This document shows positions 1 through 10,485 of a DNA stretch of 64,000 nucleotides, in pieces. Below the pieces are notes generated by a model. It was not told the origin of the DNA. It did not search any database and saw only the letters and a list, made by a program, of their open reading frames with translations. The stretch's first letter is position 1. Each line of letters starts with the position of its first letter. Origin of the DNA: Alphaproteobacteria bacterium (GTDB lineage Bacteria > Pseudomonadota > Alphaproteobacteria > Bin95); contig OZ244041.1 of NCBI GenBank assembly GCA_965215305.1, positions 1,257,689 to 1,321,688 of the forward strand. Direction: 5' to 3'. The position numbers and the translations under genes were made by a program.

Positions 1-1
1 C

Positions 2-180
2 GTTTGCCGCGGACCGGGAACGCAGGCTGATGTCCCCCGCAGCCGAGTGAGGCTGCTTTTCGACCAGAACCTGTCGCCAAGGCTCGTGCAATTGCTTGCC
101 GACCTCTACCCGGATTCGGCGCATGTTTTGGAAGTTGGCCTAGAGAAAGCCGAGGAAGCGGCCCTTCTGATTATCGATTG
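2..180 (+). pseudogene. C-terminally truncated PIN-like DUF5615-family fragment (ORF open from window start; ...RLLFDQNLSPRLVQLLADLYPDSAHVLEVGLEKAEEAALLIID*)
   Basis: Translation of frame 2 matches the conserved N-terminal motif of DUF5615 PIN-like proteins (LxDxNLSPxLxxxL...H), but it stops after about 45 codons. The convergent GST gene ends 14 nt later. Confidence 0.3.
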
Positions 181-193
181 ACGCGCCCGACCG

Positions 194-832
194 CTACGCT
201 GTCCCGCGGATGCTGGGCCGCGCCCCCACCTCCGCCCGCCAGCGCGCGAGGTGGGGGCGGTCGTCGGATGCGTCGATATCGATAAACTTGGCGAAATCGA
301 CGGTGCAGTAAGCAGTAATGTCGGCGGTGGTGAAGCGCTCGCCGGCGAGGAACCGCGCCTCGCCGAGGCGGGCGTCGAGGCGATCGAAATAGAGCAGGCT
401 CCGCTGCCGGCCGCGCTCGATCAGCTCGGGGATCTGCACGGACTCGCCGGGAATCCCCGGCAGCGCGCGGCCGGCGAAACGGCGCTTGGCGTTGCGGAAG
501 GATTCGGCGACGGCAAACAGCCCCTCGAACTCGGACATCCGCTCCCACATCTCCACGCGCGCCATCTCCAGCGCGTCGGCGCCCATCAGCGGCGGGTCGG
601 GTTGCTGCGCCTCGAAATAGCGGCAGATCGCCATGGCTTCGGAGATCAGCGTGCCGTCATCGAGTTCCAGCAGCGGGACCCGGCGATAGGGCGACTTCTC
701 GAGGAAGGCGGGGTCGAGGGCCGGCTTGCCGGGGATGCCTGCCTCCTCCATCGGTACCTCGATCCCCTTCTCGGCCAGATAGATGCACACCCGGCGCGGG
801 TTCGGCGCGATATTCCAGACATAGAGCTTCAT
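194..832 (-). CDS. glutathione S-transferase
   Basis: ORF 194..952, trimmed to MKLYVWNIAPNPRRV start. Thioredoxin-like N-domain and GST C-domain signature are visible in the translation. Confidence 0.8.
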   Translation of the reverse strand: MKLYVWNIAPNPRRVCIYLAEKGIEVPMEEAGIPGKPALDPAFLEKSPYRRVPLLELDDGTLISEAMAICRYFEAQQPDPPLMGADALEMARVEMWERMSEFEGLFAVAESFRNAKRRFAGRALPGIPGESVQIPELIERGRQRSLLYFDRLDARLGEARFLAGERFTTADITAYCTVDFAKFIDIDASDDRPHLARWRAEVGARPSIRGTA

Positions 833-1082
833 CGGCGGATGCTTTCCTCTTGCGGGTTGTCCGGCTCCGGTCGGTTGCAGGGCGCGAGCATGATGCGGCG
901 GGGAATAGGCAGGGAGCAGACGAAGTATATGATCCCGGTACATGCGGTTCACGACATTTCATGACGCCTGGCAGGGAGCCGCGCCTTCCTGCGGGGCGGT
1001 TGCGCGCCCGGCTGTTTCGGGGCACGGTTCCGGGATCCGAAGGGGCGCTCCGGGCGCCCCGGCCTCAAGATAGGTCCTGGCA

Positions 1083-2282
1083 ATGACTGAAGCCGCCCCG
1101 CCGCTCGCCGGCGTCAAGGTCGTCGATATCGCCAATTTCCTCGCCGGCCCTGTCGCCTCGATGTTTCTCGCCGATTTCGGCGCCGAGATCGTCAAGGTCG
1201 AGCGCCCGGATACGGGCGACGAACTGCGCTACTGGGGCAATGACAGGAACGGCGTCGGCCTCATGTACAAGATGGTCAACCGCAACAAGCGCTCGGTCAC
1301 CGCCGACATGCGCACGCCGCTCGGCGTCGAGATCGTCAAACGGCTGGCCGCTGACGCCGATATCCTGATCGAGAATTTCCGCAAGGGCACGCTGGAGCGC
1401 TGGGGGCTCGGCTACGATGTGCTGAGCGAGTGCAATCCCGGCCTCATCATGGTGCGCCTGACGGGTTTCGGCCAGACCGGCCCCAACAGCCACCGGCCGG
1501 GCTTCGGCACGCTCGCCGAGGGCTATTCGGGCTATGCCTATATCACCGGCTACGCCGACCGGCCGCCGCTATTGCCGGGCTTCGGCCTGGCCGACGAAAG
1601 CGCAGGGCTGATGGGCGCGTTCCTCGCCATGGTGGCGCTGCAGGAGAAGCGCCTGTCCGGCAAGGGGCAGGTGGTGGATTTCGCGATCTACGAGCCGCTG
1701 TTCACCCTGCTCGGGCCGCAAGTGGTGGATTTCGACCAGCTCGGCATCGTGCAGGAGCGCAATGGCAGCCGCCTGCCCTTCACCGCGCCGCGCAACACCT
1801 ACCGCACGAAGGACGACAAATGGGTGTCGATCTCGGGCAGCGCGCAGTCCACTTTCGAGCGCATGTGCGAGGCACTTGAGGTGCCGGATCTGGTCAGCGA
1901 CCCGCGCTTCCTCGACAACCGGCTGCGCATCCAGAACGCGCCGGAGCTCGACGAGGCGCTCCAGACGGCGATCCTGCGTTTCGACCGCGACGAGCTGCTG
2001 GCGCTGTTCGACCGGTTTGATGCGGCCGCCGCACCCTGCAACAGCATTGCCGAAATCTTCGAGGATCCGCATTTTGCGGCGCGGGAGAACATCGTCGCGG
2101 TCGAGGACGGCGAGCTTGGCGGCCCGATCCGGATGCAGAATGTGGTGGGCAAGTTCTCGCGCACGCCGGGCGGGATACGCCATGCCGGGCCGAAGCTCGG
2201 GGCCGACAACCGCGCCGTCCTCGTCGAGCGGCTCGGCTTCGACGAGGCCGAATTGCTGGCGGCCGGCCTGCCGCTCGACTGA
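1083..2282 (+). CDS. CoA-transferase family III (CaiB/BaiF-type) protein
   Basis: 399 aa. The VKVVDIANFLAGPVASMFLADFGAEIVKVERP N-terminus is typical of family III CoA-transferases. Confidence 0.85.
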   Translation: MTEAAPPLAGVKVVDIANFLAGPVASMFLADFGAEIVKVERPDTGDELRYWGNDRNGVGLMYKMVNRNKRSVTADMRTPLGVEIVKRLAADADILIENFRKGTLERWGLGYDVLSECNPGLIMVRLTGFGQTGPNSHRPGFGTLAEGYSGYAYITGYADRPPLLPGFGLADESAGLMGAFLAMVALQEKRLSGKGQVVDFAIYEPLFTLLGPQVVDFDQLGIVQERNGSRLPFTAPRNTYRTKDDKWVSISGSAQSTFERMCEALEVPDLVSDPRFLDNRLRIQNAPELDEALQTAILRFDRDELLALFDRFDAAAAPCNSIAEIFEDPHFAARENIVAVEDGELGGPIRMQNVVGKFSRTPGGIRHAGPKLGADNRAVLVERLGFDEAELLAAGLPLD

Positions 2283-2318
2283 GCGCGCGGCCCGCAGAGG
2301 CATGAGAGGAGACGGGAC

Positions 2319-3233
2319 ATGCTGGCGCTGCCCGAACGGGTGACTGTGGTCGAGGTGGGCCCGCGCGACGGCCTGCAATCGCTCGACCGCTGGATCGAGA
2401 CGGATATCAAGGTGCGGATGATCGATCGGCTGACCGACGCCGGCTTTCCCGTCATCGAGATCACCAGCTTCGCGAGCCCGCGCTATGTGCCGATGCTGAC
2501 GGACGCCGAGGAGGTCGTCTCGCGGGTGAAGCGGCGCGCGGGCACCGTCTATCGCGCACTGGTGCCCAACAAGCGCGGCGCGCTCCGCGCCGTCGAGACC
2601 GATATCGACGAGATACTCGGCCTCATGACGGTAAGCGGCAGCTATATGGCGAAGAACCAGAACATGACCGTCGATGAGGCGATCCGGGCCGGGGGCGACT
2701 GCTTCCGCGTTGCCGATGAGGCGGGCCGGGCCTTCATCATGGCGCTCGGCATGTCGCTCTACTGCCCCTATGAGGGCGTCATCCAGCCGGAGCGCACGCT
2801 CGATTGCGTCGCCCGGTTGCGCAATCTGGGTGTGCAGCGCTTTTATCTGGCCGGCAGCACGGGCATGGAGGAGCCGCGCCAGGTCAGCACGCTGTTCCGC
2901 ATGGCGCATGACCGCTTCCCGGATTGCGAGTTCGGCTTCCATGTCCATGAGAAACGCGGCTGGGCGCAGGCGAATGTGATGGCGGCGCTCGATGCCGGCG
3001 TCGCCATGGTCGAGGGGTCGATCTGCGGCATTGGCGGCGGCATCGCCTTCCCCGGCGATTACGGGTCGGTCGGCAATCTGCCGACGGAGGATATCGTCAG
3101 CTTCCTCGGCGCGATGCAGGTCGATTGCGGCGTCGAGGCCGGGGAAGCAGTGGCCGCCGCCAGGGACATCGCCGGCATGACAGGCATCCCGCTCGCCAGC
3201 CGCGCCGCCAACATGCCGGAACTGGCGGGATAG
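2319..3233 (+). CDS. hydroxymethylglutaryl-CoA lyase family protein
   Basis: 304 aa with VEVGPRDGLQS...TSFASP HMGL-like motifs. RBS GGAGA upstream. It is immediately downstream of the CoA-transferase, a typical pairing. Confidence 0.85.
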   Translation: MLALPERVTVVEVGPRDGLQSLDRWIETDIKVRMIDRLTDAGFPVIEITSFASPRYVPMLTDAEEVVSRVKRRAGTVYRALVPNKRGALRAVETDIDEILGLMTVSGSYMAKNQNMTVDEAIRAGGDCFRVADEAGRAFIMALGMSLYCPYEGVIQPERTLDCVARLRNLGVQRFYLAGSTGMEEPRQVSTLFRMAHDRFPDCEFGFHVHEKRGWAQANVMAALDAGVAMVEGSICGIGGGIAFPGDYGSVGNLPTEDIVSFLGAMQVDCGVEAGEAVAAARDIAGMTGIPLASRAANMPELAG

Positions 3234-3253
3234 GCCGCCGCCGTTGCGCGGTC

Positions 3254-4516
3254 TTACTCCGCTGCGTCCGCAGCCTTGCGGCGGCTGTCCTGGCCGGCGA
3301 CCCGGACCGAGGCCTTCACCACCGGCACATCGGCTTCGGCGAGCGGTTGCATATATTGCTTGCGGGCGAGCGCGGCCTCTATGAAGGGCGCGAGTTCCGC
3401 GGCCTTGGCGGCTTCGCGCGCCTCCGCGTCGCGGGCGAATTCCGGCATGACCGTCTCCGCGAAGAGTTTCAGCGAGTTGCAGATATTCGCGTGGCTGTTG
3501 CGGCCGGCCTGCTGGAGAAAGATCACCTGGTCCACGCCCGCCGCCTGCATGTCGGCGAGGTGGCGCGCCATGTCGTCCGGCGTGCCGATGCCGGCGCCGT
3601 CATATTCCGCACGGGCGAGCGCCGCCTGGATCAGCAGGTCGGTCGCGGCGCCCCGTTTGGCGGTGAACTCGCCCCAGATGTCGGAATAGCCGGGCGTGAA
3701 GTCCTCGGCCACGAGCTTCTGCTGCGCATAGCGGAAGAACTCGAAATGGTCCTGGCCGCGCCGGATCGCCTCCGCCCGGTCCTCATGCATGGAGAAGGCC
3801 GAGACCATGGCGAGATTGGCGTTGACCGACCAGCCGAGCGGCACACAGTCCTCGCTGCGGATCGTGTCGTAATAGATGCCGGACCAGGTGCGCGCCTCTT
3901 CGGGATCGAGGAAGGAGAAGGCGAGCGCGCCGATCCCGTTCTGCGCGGCGACGCGGATCGTGTCGCGGTTGGTGCAGGCCATCCAGAGCGGTGGATGCGG
4001 CTCTTGCAGCGGCTTCGGCAGCACATTGCGGCAGGGCATGGAGAAGCCCTCGCCCTCGAAGCCGGGATAGGGCGTGAGCACCATCATGTTGCAGATCTGC
4101 TCCGCCGCCTCCAGTGCGAGCGCGCGCTTGCGCCGGGCGGAAATGCCGAAGGCGCCCAGCTCCAGCCGCGTCGCGCCTTCCCCTATGCCGAATTCGACCC
4201 GTCCATCCGAAATGAGGTCGAGCGTGGCAAGGCCCTCGGCCGTGCGCGCCGGATGGTTGTAAGCGGGAATGACCTGGCGGATGCCGTGGCCGAGCCGGAT
4301 GCGCTTCGTGCGGGCCGCGGCCGCGGCGAGGAAGACTTCCGGCGCGGAGGCATGGCTGTATTCGTCGAGAAAATGATGCTCGACCTCCCACGCATAGTCG
4401 AAACCCAACCTGTCGGCGAGCTCCACCTGATCGAGTGCCTCCTTCATCAGCCGGTATTCGGCGCCCTCGGTCCAGGGCCGCGGCAATTGCAGTTCGTAAA
4501 ACACCCCGAAACGCAT
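3254..4516 (-). CDS. LLM-class (luciferase-like) flavin-dependent oxidoreductase
   Basis: MRFGVFYELQLPRPW start is the typical LLM N-terminus. The start is chosen at the internal ATG preceded by GGAGG; the ORF extends to 4537 with a TTG. Confidence 0.75.
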   Translation of the reverse strand: MRFGVFYELQLPRPWTEGAEYRLMKEALDQVELADRLGFDYAWEVEHHFLDEYSHASAPEVFLAAAAARTKRIRLGHGIRQVIPAYNHPARTAEGLATLDLISDGRVEFGIGEGATRLELGAFGISARRKRALALEAAEQICNMMVLTPYPGFEGEGFSMPCRNVLPKPLQEPHPPLWMACTNRDTIRVAAQNGIGALAFSFLDPEEARTWSGIYYDTIRSEDCVPLGWSVNANLAMVSAFSMHEDRAEAIRRGQDHFEFFRYAQQKLVAEDFTPGYSDIWGEFTAKRGAATDLLIQAALARAEYDGAGIGTPDDMARHLADMQAAGVDQVIFLQQAGRNSHANICNSLKLFAETVMPEFARDAEAREAAKAAELAPFIEAALARKQYMQPLAEADVPVVKASVRVAGQDSRRKAADAAE

Positions 4517-4668
4517 CGGACGGTTTGCCTCCATCAAGACCGGACAGCGGAAACGGGACGGCGCCCGTTCCGGCGGCGCAGGCGTGCGCCGGAGCCGAGT
4601 TTAGTGCGCCGGCCGGCGGAACGACAGGCGTCCCGCGGCGAGGCGCCGTTCGCGACTATGCGCCGGCC

Positions 4669-6366
4669 TCACGCGTGCTGCTTCGCCTCGAACGCGGCGA
4701 CTTCGCTCATGAACGGGGCGGCGATGTCGGCATTGATCTTGCAGTCGAGGAAGACCGGGCCTTCGGGCGCCGCCAGCAGAGAGCCGAGCGCGCTCATGTC
4801 TTCAGGCGTGCGCACCGTATGGGCGTCGAAACCGAACGCCTCGGCGACGGGCGCGAAATCGACATCGGGGAAGACCGACTTGGCGACCGGGAGCTGGCGC
4901 AGCCGCAGATGATGCAGCTCCGCGCCATAGGCGCAGTCGTTCATCAGCACGATGACCAGCGGCAGGTCCTCCCGCACGACGGTTTCCAGCTCGCCCATGG
5001 TCATCAGGAAGCCGCCGTCGCCTACCACGAACACGGTCGGAATATGCGGCCGCGCCCGGGCGACGCCGAGCGCCGCGCCGAAGCCGAGTCCGATGGAGGC
5101 GAAATCGTTGGTCATCTTGAAATGCCCGGGATCGGGGACGGACAGATAGGGCACGACGCCGAGGAAATTGCCCGCGTCGCAAACGACATTGCGAGCGTCC
5201 GGCAGCATGCGGTCGAGCATGGCGGCGAGCATGCGTGGATCGATCGTGCGCGCCGTATTGGCCGGCTGGAAATCCTCCGCGATGGAGAAGGCATCGAGGG
5301 CGGCCATGTTTTCCGCGCCGTGATGCGGCCTGTCGGCGGCCGGCTTGTCCGCCGCCGCCTCGAGAAGCTGCTCGGCCGCCAGTTTCGCATCGCCCACCAC
5401 GGCGACATCGGCCGTGGTCCAGCGGCCGATACTGGCCCGCGAGGCGTCGATCTGGATCAGCGGCGCATCCGGCAGGGAGTCGCCGAAGCTCATGGTCAGG
5501 ATGTTGAGTCCCGCGCCGACCGCGAGCACGCAATCCGCCTCGGCCGCCATGCGCCGGGCCAGGGAATGCGAAAACGAGCCGATGATGCCGAGATTGAAGG
5601 GGTGGCCCCGGAACATGTCCTTGCCCCTGGCGGTCGTGGACAGCAGCGCGCCGGTCCTTTCCGCAAGCCGGACCAGCGCCTCGCCTGCGCCTGCCTTCCA
5701 GGCGCCGTGGCCGGCCAGGATCAGCGGCCGCCTCGCCCGGTCCAGCAGGGACGCCGCTGCCCGGATGGCATGCGCGCGCGCCGGCGCGGCCGGCCGCGCC
5801 GGAACCGGGCCGGCGTCCAGCGGCTCCGGCGCTGCTTCGCCAGGATCGACCGCAATCTCCGCATGCTGCACATCGACCGGCAGGAGAAGCGCGACGGCCT
5901 GGCCGGTCCGCGCGAGCGCGGCTGCATCCGCAAGCGTGGCGCGTGCCGCTGCGGCCCCGGTGGGCGCAAACACGCGCAGGCCGGCCGCCTTGAGCACGCC
6001 GGCGCCGTCCAGTCCCTTGTAGTCGGGTCCGAGCGCGTTTGCCGGCCCTGCCGGCAGCGCCGCCTCGCCATAGATGATGAGAACGGGATTGCCGGCGCGG
6101 GCGGCGAAGGCTGCAGCCTGCAGTCCGTTGGCGAGCGCCGGCCCCCGCCCGACGCAGGCCACGCCCAGGCGCCCTGTTGCGGCCGCATAGCCGTCGGCCA
6201 TGCCGATGGCGACATTCTCGTGCCTGGCGCCGATGAACGCGATTCCCATCGCATCCAGAGTCACGGCGAATGCCGCCGTGTCGTCGCTCATCAGCCCGAA
6301 CACCGTGTCGATGCCCATCGCCCCGATATCCTCGGCCAACGCCTGATAGACCGGAATGGTTCGCAT
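4669..6366 (-). CDS. thiamine-diphosphate-dependent enzyme (acetolactate synthase large subunit / benzoylformate decarboxylase-like)
   Basis: 565 aa from MRTIPVYQALAEDIGAMGIDTVFGL. ThDP-binding GDGG...N motif near the C-terminus. GGAG RBS before the chosen ATG. Confidence 0.8.
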   Translation of the reverse strand: MRTIPVYQALAEDIGAMGIDTVFGLMSDDTAAFAVTLDAMGIAFIGARHENVAIGMADGYAAATGRLGVACVGRGPALANGLQAAAFAARAGNPVLIIYGEAALPAGPANALGPDYKGLDGAGVLKAAGLRVFAPTGAAAARATLADAAALARTGQAVALLLPVDVQHAEIAVDPGEAAPEPLDAGPVPARPAAPARAHAIRAAASLLDRARRPLILAGHGAWKAGAGEALVRLAERTGALLSTTARGKDMFRGHPFNLGIIGSFSHSLARRMAAEADCVLAVGAGLNILTMSFGDSLPDAPLIQIDASRASIGRWTTADVAVVGDAKLAAEQLLEAAADKPAADRPHHGAENMAALDAFSIAEDFQPANTARTIDPRMLAAMLDRMLPDARNVVCDAGNFLGVVPYLSVPDPGHFKMTNDFASIGLGFGAALGVARARPHIPTVFVVGDGGFLMTMGELETVVREDLPLVIVLMNDCAYGAELHHLRLRQLPVAKSVFPDVDFAPVAEAFGFDAHTVRTPEDMSALGSLLAAPEGPVFLDCKINADIAAPFMSEVAAFEAKQHA

Positions 6367-6536
6367 GACCGCTTCTCCCGCCCCGCTATGCCGCGCGGCT
6401 CCGTTTCGCCGGGCATCATAGCCGATATCGACGGCCTTCCCGGTCACGGGGAATCGAATACGATCTTTTGACCCCTTTCGATCCTTCCGATACGCTTGGT
6501 AGTGCGGTTCGTCCGCAAGCAGGGAGGCGCAGTTCG

Positions 6537-7811
6537 ATGTTCATGAAAACGTTCGGGAAAATGACGACCGGCAAGTGGTTCGTAAGGTCGCTTGCGGCGC
6601 TTGCGATGTCGGCCTCGATGGCCTTCGCATCGCCTGCCCAGGCGAATGACACCATCAAGATCGGATTCAGCATGGCGCTGACCGGCGGCCTCGCCGGCGC
6701 CGGCAAGGGCGCGCTCATCGCCATGCAGGTCTGGGCGGAGGACATCAACGCCGCCGGCGGCCTGCTCGGCAAGCAGGTCGAGCTCGTCTATTACGACGAC
6801 CAGACCAACCCGGCCACCGTGCCGGCCATCTACACCAAGCTGCTGGATGTGGACAAGGTGGACTTCGTGGTCTCGGGCTACGGCACGAATCTCATCGCCC
6901 CGGCAATGCCGATCGTGATGCAGCGCGGCCTGGTGTTCCCGGCGCTGTTCGGTCTCGCGGTCAACGAAAAGTTCAACTACTCCAACTATTTCCAGATCAT
7001 GCCGGCGGGCCCGAAGCCGATGACGGACTGGTCGCGCGGTTTCTTCGAACTCGCCATGGAGCAGGATCCGCCGCCCAAGACCATCGCGCTTGTGGGCGCG
7101 GATGCGGAATTCGCCCGCAATGCGGTGATCGGCGCCCGGGTCAATGCGGAGGAATACGGGCTCGAAATCGTCTATGACGAGTCCTATCCGCCCCGGACGG
7201 CGGACTACACGCCCATCGTCAACGCCATCCAGGCCCGCAACCCGGATGTCGTGTTCGTCGCCTCCTATCCGCCGGACTCCGTCGGCATGGTGAAGGCCGC
7301 CACCGAGGTCGGCCTCAAGGCGAGAATGTTCGGCGGCGGCATGGTCGGGCTCCAGTTCGCCTCGATCATGACCGCGCTCGGGCCGAAGCTGAACGGCATT
7401 GTCAATTACGACTTCTGGGTGCCGGAGCCGACGCTCAAATTCGAGGGTGTCGAGGCGTTCCTCGAGAAATACCAGGCGGCGGCGGTCGGCAAGGGCGTCG
7501 ATCCGCTCGGCTACTATCTCCAGCCCTACGCCTATGCCTATCTCCAGGTGCTGGGGCAGGCGATTACCGCTACGGGCGGCATGGACCACGCTGCGATCGG
7601 CGACTACATCCGCAGCAACGAGTTCAACACGGTGGTCGGCAAGGTGAGCTTCGCGCCGAACGGCGAATGGGCGAAGACCCGCGTGCTGATGGTCCAGTAC
7701 CAGGGCGTCGACGACAGCGAACTCGCGACCTTCACGAAGGAGGGGACGCGCGTCGTGCTCTACCCGAAGGAATGGAAATCGGGTGACATCAACGTCCCCT
7801 ATGCCGAGTAG
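6537..7811 (+). CDS. ABC transporter substrate-binding protein, branched-chain amino acid (LivK/Leu-Ile-Val-binding) family
   Basis: Signal peptide (MFMKTFGKMTTGKWFVRSLAALAMSASMAFASPAQA) followed by a type I periplasmic binding fold. AGGGAGG RBS. Confidence 0.8.
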   Translation: MFMKTFGKMTTGKWFVRSLAALAMSASMAFASPAQANDTIKIGFSMALTGGLAGAGKGALIAMQVWAEDINAAGGLLGKQVELVYYDDQTNPATVPAIYTKLLDVDKVDFVVSGYGTNLIAPAMPIVMQRGLVFPALFGLAVNEKFNYSNYFQIMPAGPKPMTDWSRGFFELAMEQDPPPKTIALVGADAEFARNAVIGARVNAEEYGLEIVYDESYPPRTADYTPIVNAIQARNPDVVFVASYPPDSVGMVKAATEVGLKARMFGGGMVGLQFASIMTALGPKLNGIVNYDFWVPEPTLKFEGVEAFLEKYQAAAVGKGVDPLGYYLQPYAYAYLQVLGQAITATGGMDHAAIGDYIRSNEFNTVVGKVSFAPNGEWAKTRVLMVQYQGVDDSELATFTKEGTRVVLYPKEWKSGDINVPYAE

Positions 7812-7911
7812 GCCCGCGGTCCGGCGGCAGCTTGCCATATTCCGACAACGAGCCCCTGTCCTGCATGTCGCGGGATAGGGGCTTGCGCCCGACCAGGGAC
7901 GGAGCCTGCCG

Positions 7912-8784
7912 GTGTTTTCGCTAGAGCTCCTTCTGAACGCGCTTGTCGCCGGGATGCTTCTCGGCGGGTTCTACGCCGCGGTGAGCCTCGGCCTGACCGT
8001 GTCGTTCGGGCAGCTCAACATCGTGAATATCGCCCATCCGGCCTTCGTCATACTGGGCTCCTACATCGCCTATATGTGCAACAGCGAGTGGGGGCTCGAC
8101 CCGATTCTGGTGGGGCTCGTATTCGCGCCGGTGTTCTTCCTTATCGGGATCGGCGTCTACCGCATCTATTACGAGAGTTTCGAACGCAAGGACGATGAGG
8201 CGCTGCGCGGCCTCGCCTTCTTCTTCGGCGTCATGTTCGTCATCGAGGTCGGCCTCATCATGGCCTACGGGGTCGATTTCCGCTCCGTGCAGGCCTCCTA
8301 TATCGGGCAGAACTGGAAGATCGGCCCGGTGGGCGTGCCCACGCGCATGCTGGTGCCGTTCGTCGTCTCGCTCCTCATGTTCGGCGGGGTCTATCTCTAC
8401 ATGTCGCGTACCTTCAACGGCCGCGCGATCATGGCCGTCGCGCAGGACCGCCTCGCCTTGCAGCTCATGGCGGCGGACCCGGTGAAGATCAAGCAGCTCG
8501 GTTTCGGCATCGGGATCGGGACGACGGCGATTGCAGGCGCCCTGCTCATCATCATCATTCCCATCGAGCCGTCCGTCGGGCGGCTCTATATCGGCCAGGT
8601 GTTCGCCATTGCCGTTCTGGCCGGGCTCGGCTCGATTCCCGGCACGCTCGTGGCGGCGCTTGTTCTCGGGGTGGCGGAGAGCCTGGTCTCGACCCTTTAC
8701 GGCCCGTCATGGGCGCCCGCCGTCGCTTTCGGAATCCTGCTCCTCGCCCTTGCCTTCCGGCCGCAGGGCCTGTTCGGACGGTAG
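7912..8784 (+). CDS. livH: branched-chain amino acid ABC transporter permease (LivH-type)
   Basis: 290 aa polytopic membrane protein, LivH family by sequence, in livHMGF order. Confidence 0.85.
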   Translation: MFSLELLLNALVAGMLLGGFYAAVSLGLTVSFGQLNIVNIAHPAFVILGSYIAYMCNSEWGLDPILVGLVFAPVFFLIGIGVYRIYYESFERKDDEALRGLAFFFGVMFVIEVGLIMAYGVDFRSVQASYIGQNWKIGPVGVPTRMLVPFVVSLLMFGGVYLYMSRTFNGRAIMAVAQDRLALQLMAADPVKIKQLGFGIGIGTTAIAGALLIIIIPIEPSVGRLYIGQVFAIAVLAGLGSIPGTLVAALVLGVAESLVSTLYGPSWAPAVAFGILLLALAFRPQGLFGR

Positions 8785-8801
8785 CAAGGAGCACGCCCGC
8801 C

Positions 8802-9758
8802 ATGAAACTAACCTCGTTCTGGCTCTGGGCCGCCGTCATTGCGCTTCTCGGCGCCGCGCTGACGATCTTCGATCTCGTGCCCGTCAACGCCTTCGTCTAT
8901 TTCGCGGGCTATGTGGTGCTGCAATATGTGGTGCTCGCGACGGCCTGGAACATCATGGGCGGCTTTATGGGCTATGTGAATTTCGGCACGGCCGGATTCT
9001 TCGCCATGGGCGCCTATACCTCCGTGGTGCTCTACAACCTCTTCAAGGCGCCGCTGCTGGTGATGATCCCGGTATCGGGACTTGTCTGTGCGCTTCTCGG
9101 GCTCGCCATGGGCTATCTCACGCTGCGGCTGCGCGGCGTCTTCTTCGCCATCGCGACGCTGGCGCTCGCCATCGTGCTCGAAACCCTCGTCATCAACTGG
9201 GACTATGTGGGCGGCGCGACCGGGGCCTATATCCTGCGGGCGCGGGAGATCGCCCCGTTCGGCGACTATATCGAGTTCCTGTTCTTCGTGATGCTGCTGC
9301 TCGCGATCTTCGCCGTCGGGACCGCCCGCTGGATCGAGCGCTCGAAGGCCGGGCGCGGCTTTGCGGCCATTCGCGACGACGAGGAGGCGGCCGAATGCGC
9401 GGGCGTGCCGACGCTGCGGCTCAAGCTCATGGCGACCACGGTATCCGGCTTCCTCATGGGCGTCGCCGGGGCGCCCTTCGTGCTCTATGTCGGGTTCATC
9501 GAGCCGTCATCGGCGTTCAATCTCGTCTATGCCGTCAATTCCATTGCAATGCCGATGATCGGCGGGGCGACCACATGGCTCGGGCCTCTCATCGGCGCGC
9601 TGCTGCTCGGCACGGTGCAGCAGGTTGCGACGGTGACGATCTCCTCGGAACTCAACCTGCTTATCGTCGGGGCGCTGCTCATCTTCTTCGTCATCGCGGC
9701 GCCGGAGGGCATTGTCGGGCTGGTCAGGAAATGGCGGAGGGCCGGCAATGACCGATGA
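8802..9758 (+). CDS. livM: branched-chain amino acid ABC transporter permease (LivM-type)
   Basis: MKLTSFWLWAAVIALLGAALTIF start. Membrane permease following livH. Confidence 0.8.
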   Translation: MKLTSFWLWAAVIALLGAALTIFDLVPVNAFVYFAGYVVLQYVVLATAWNIMGGFMGYVNFGTAGFFAMGAYTSVVLYNLFKAPLLVMIPVSGLVCALLGLAMGYLTLRLRGVFFAIATLALAIVLETLVINWDYVGGATGAYILRAREIAPFGDYIEFLFFVMLLLAIFAVGTARWIERSKAGRGFAAIRDDEEAAECAGVPTLRLKLMATTVSGFLMGVAGAPFVLYVGFIEPSSAFNLVYAVNSIAMPMIGGATTWLGPLIGALLLGTVQQVATVTISSELNLLIVGALLIFFVIAAPEGIVGLVRKWRRAGNDR

Positions 9759-10485
9759 AGGCGGGGCGCGCGGCGTGCTGCTCGAGGCGCGGGCGGTCAC
9801 CAAACGGTTCGGCGGCTTCACCGCGCTCGACGGGGTGAGCCTCGATGTGCGCGCCGGCGAGCGGTTCGGGATGATCGGCCCGAACGGCTCGGGCAAGACG
9901 ACCATGATCAACTGCATCTCAGGCACGCTCTCGAACGAAGGCGGCGAGATCCGCTTCAAGGGCGAGGCGCTGGACGGCCGCAAGCCGCATGAGCGCACGC
10001 GGCTCGGCATCGCCCGGTCGTTCCAGATTCCGAAGCCGTTCCGGTCGATGACGGTGCTGGAGAACCTCGTCATCCCGCTCGAATACGCCACGGACATCGC
10101 GCCCGCGGAGATCGCCGGACGCGGCATGGCGATTCTGGAAACCATCGGCCTCGCGGATCGCGCCGGCGAAAACTCCGGGAAACTGACCCAGATCGACATG
10201 CGCAAGCTGGAGCTCGCGCGGGCGATGGCGACAGAACCCCAACTGCTGATTTCGGATGAGGCGATGGCGGGCCTGTCCTCCGCCGAGGTGGATGACATAC
10301 TGGACATCCTGTTCCGCCTGAACGAGGACGGCATCACCATCATCATGATCGAGCACATCATGCGCGCCGTGATGCGCTTCTCGGAACGGATCGTCGTGCT
10401 CGACGCCGGCCGCAAGATCGCGGAGGGCGGGCCGGACGAGATCATCAACGATCCCGAGGTCGAGAGGGCCTATCTCGGTGAGTAG
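9748..10485 (+). CDS. livG: ABC transporter ATP-binding protein (LivG-type)
   Basis: Walker A GPNGSGKTT, signature and Walker B present. Overlaps livM by 11 nt. Confidence 0.85.
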   Translation: MTDEGGARGVLLEARAVTKRFGGFTALDGVSLDVRAGERFGMIGPNGSGKTTMINCISGTLSNEGGEIRFKGEALDGRKPHERTRLGIARSFQIPKPFRSMTVLENLVIPLEYATDIAPAEIAGRGMAILETIGLADRAGENSGKLTQIDMRKLELARAMATEPQLLISDEAMAGLSSAEVDDILDILFRLNEDGITIIMIEHIMRAVMRFSERIVVLDAGRKIAEGGPDEIINDPEVERAYLGE

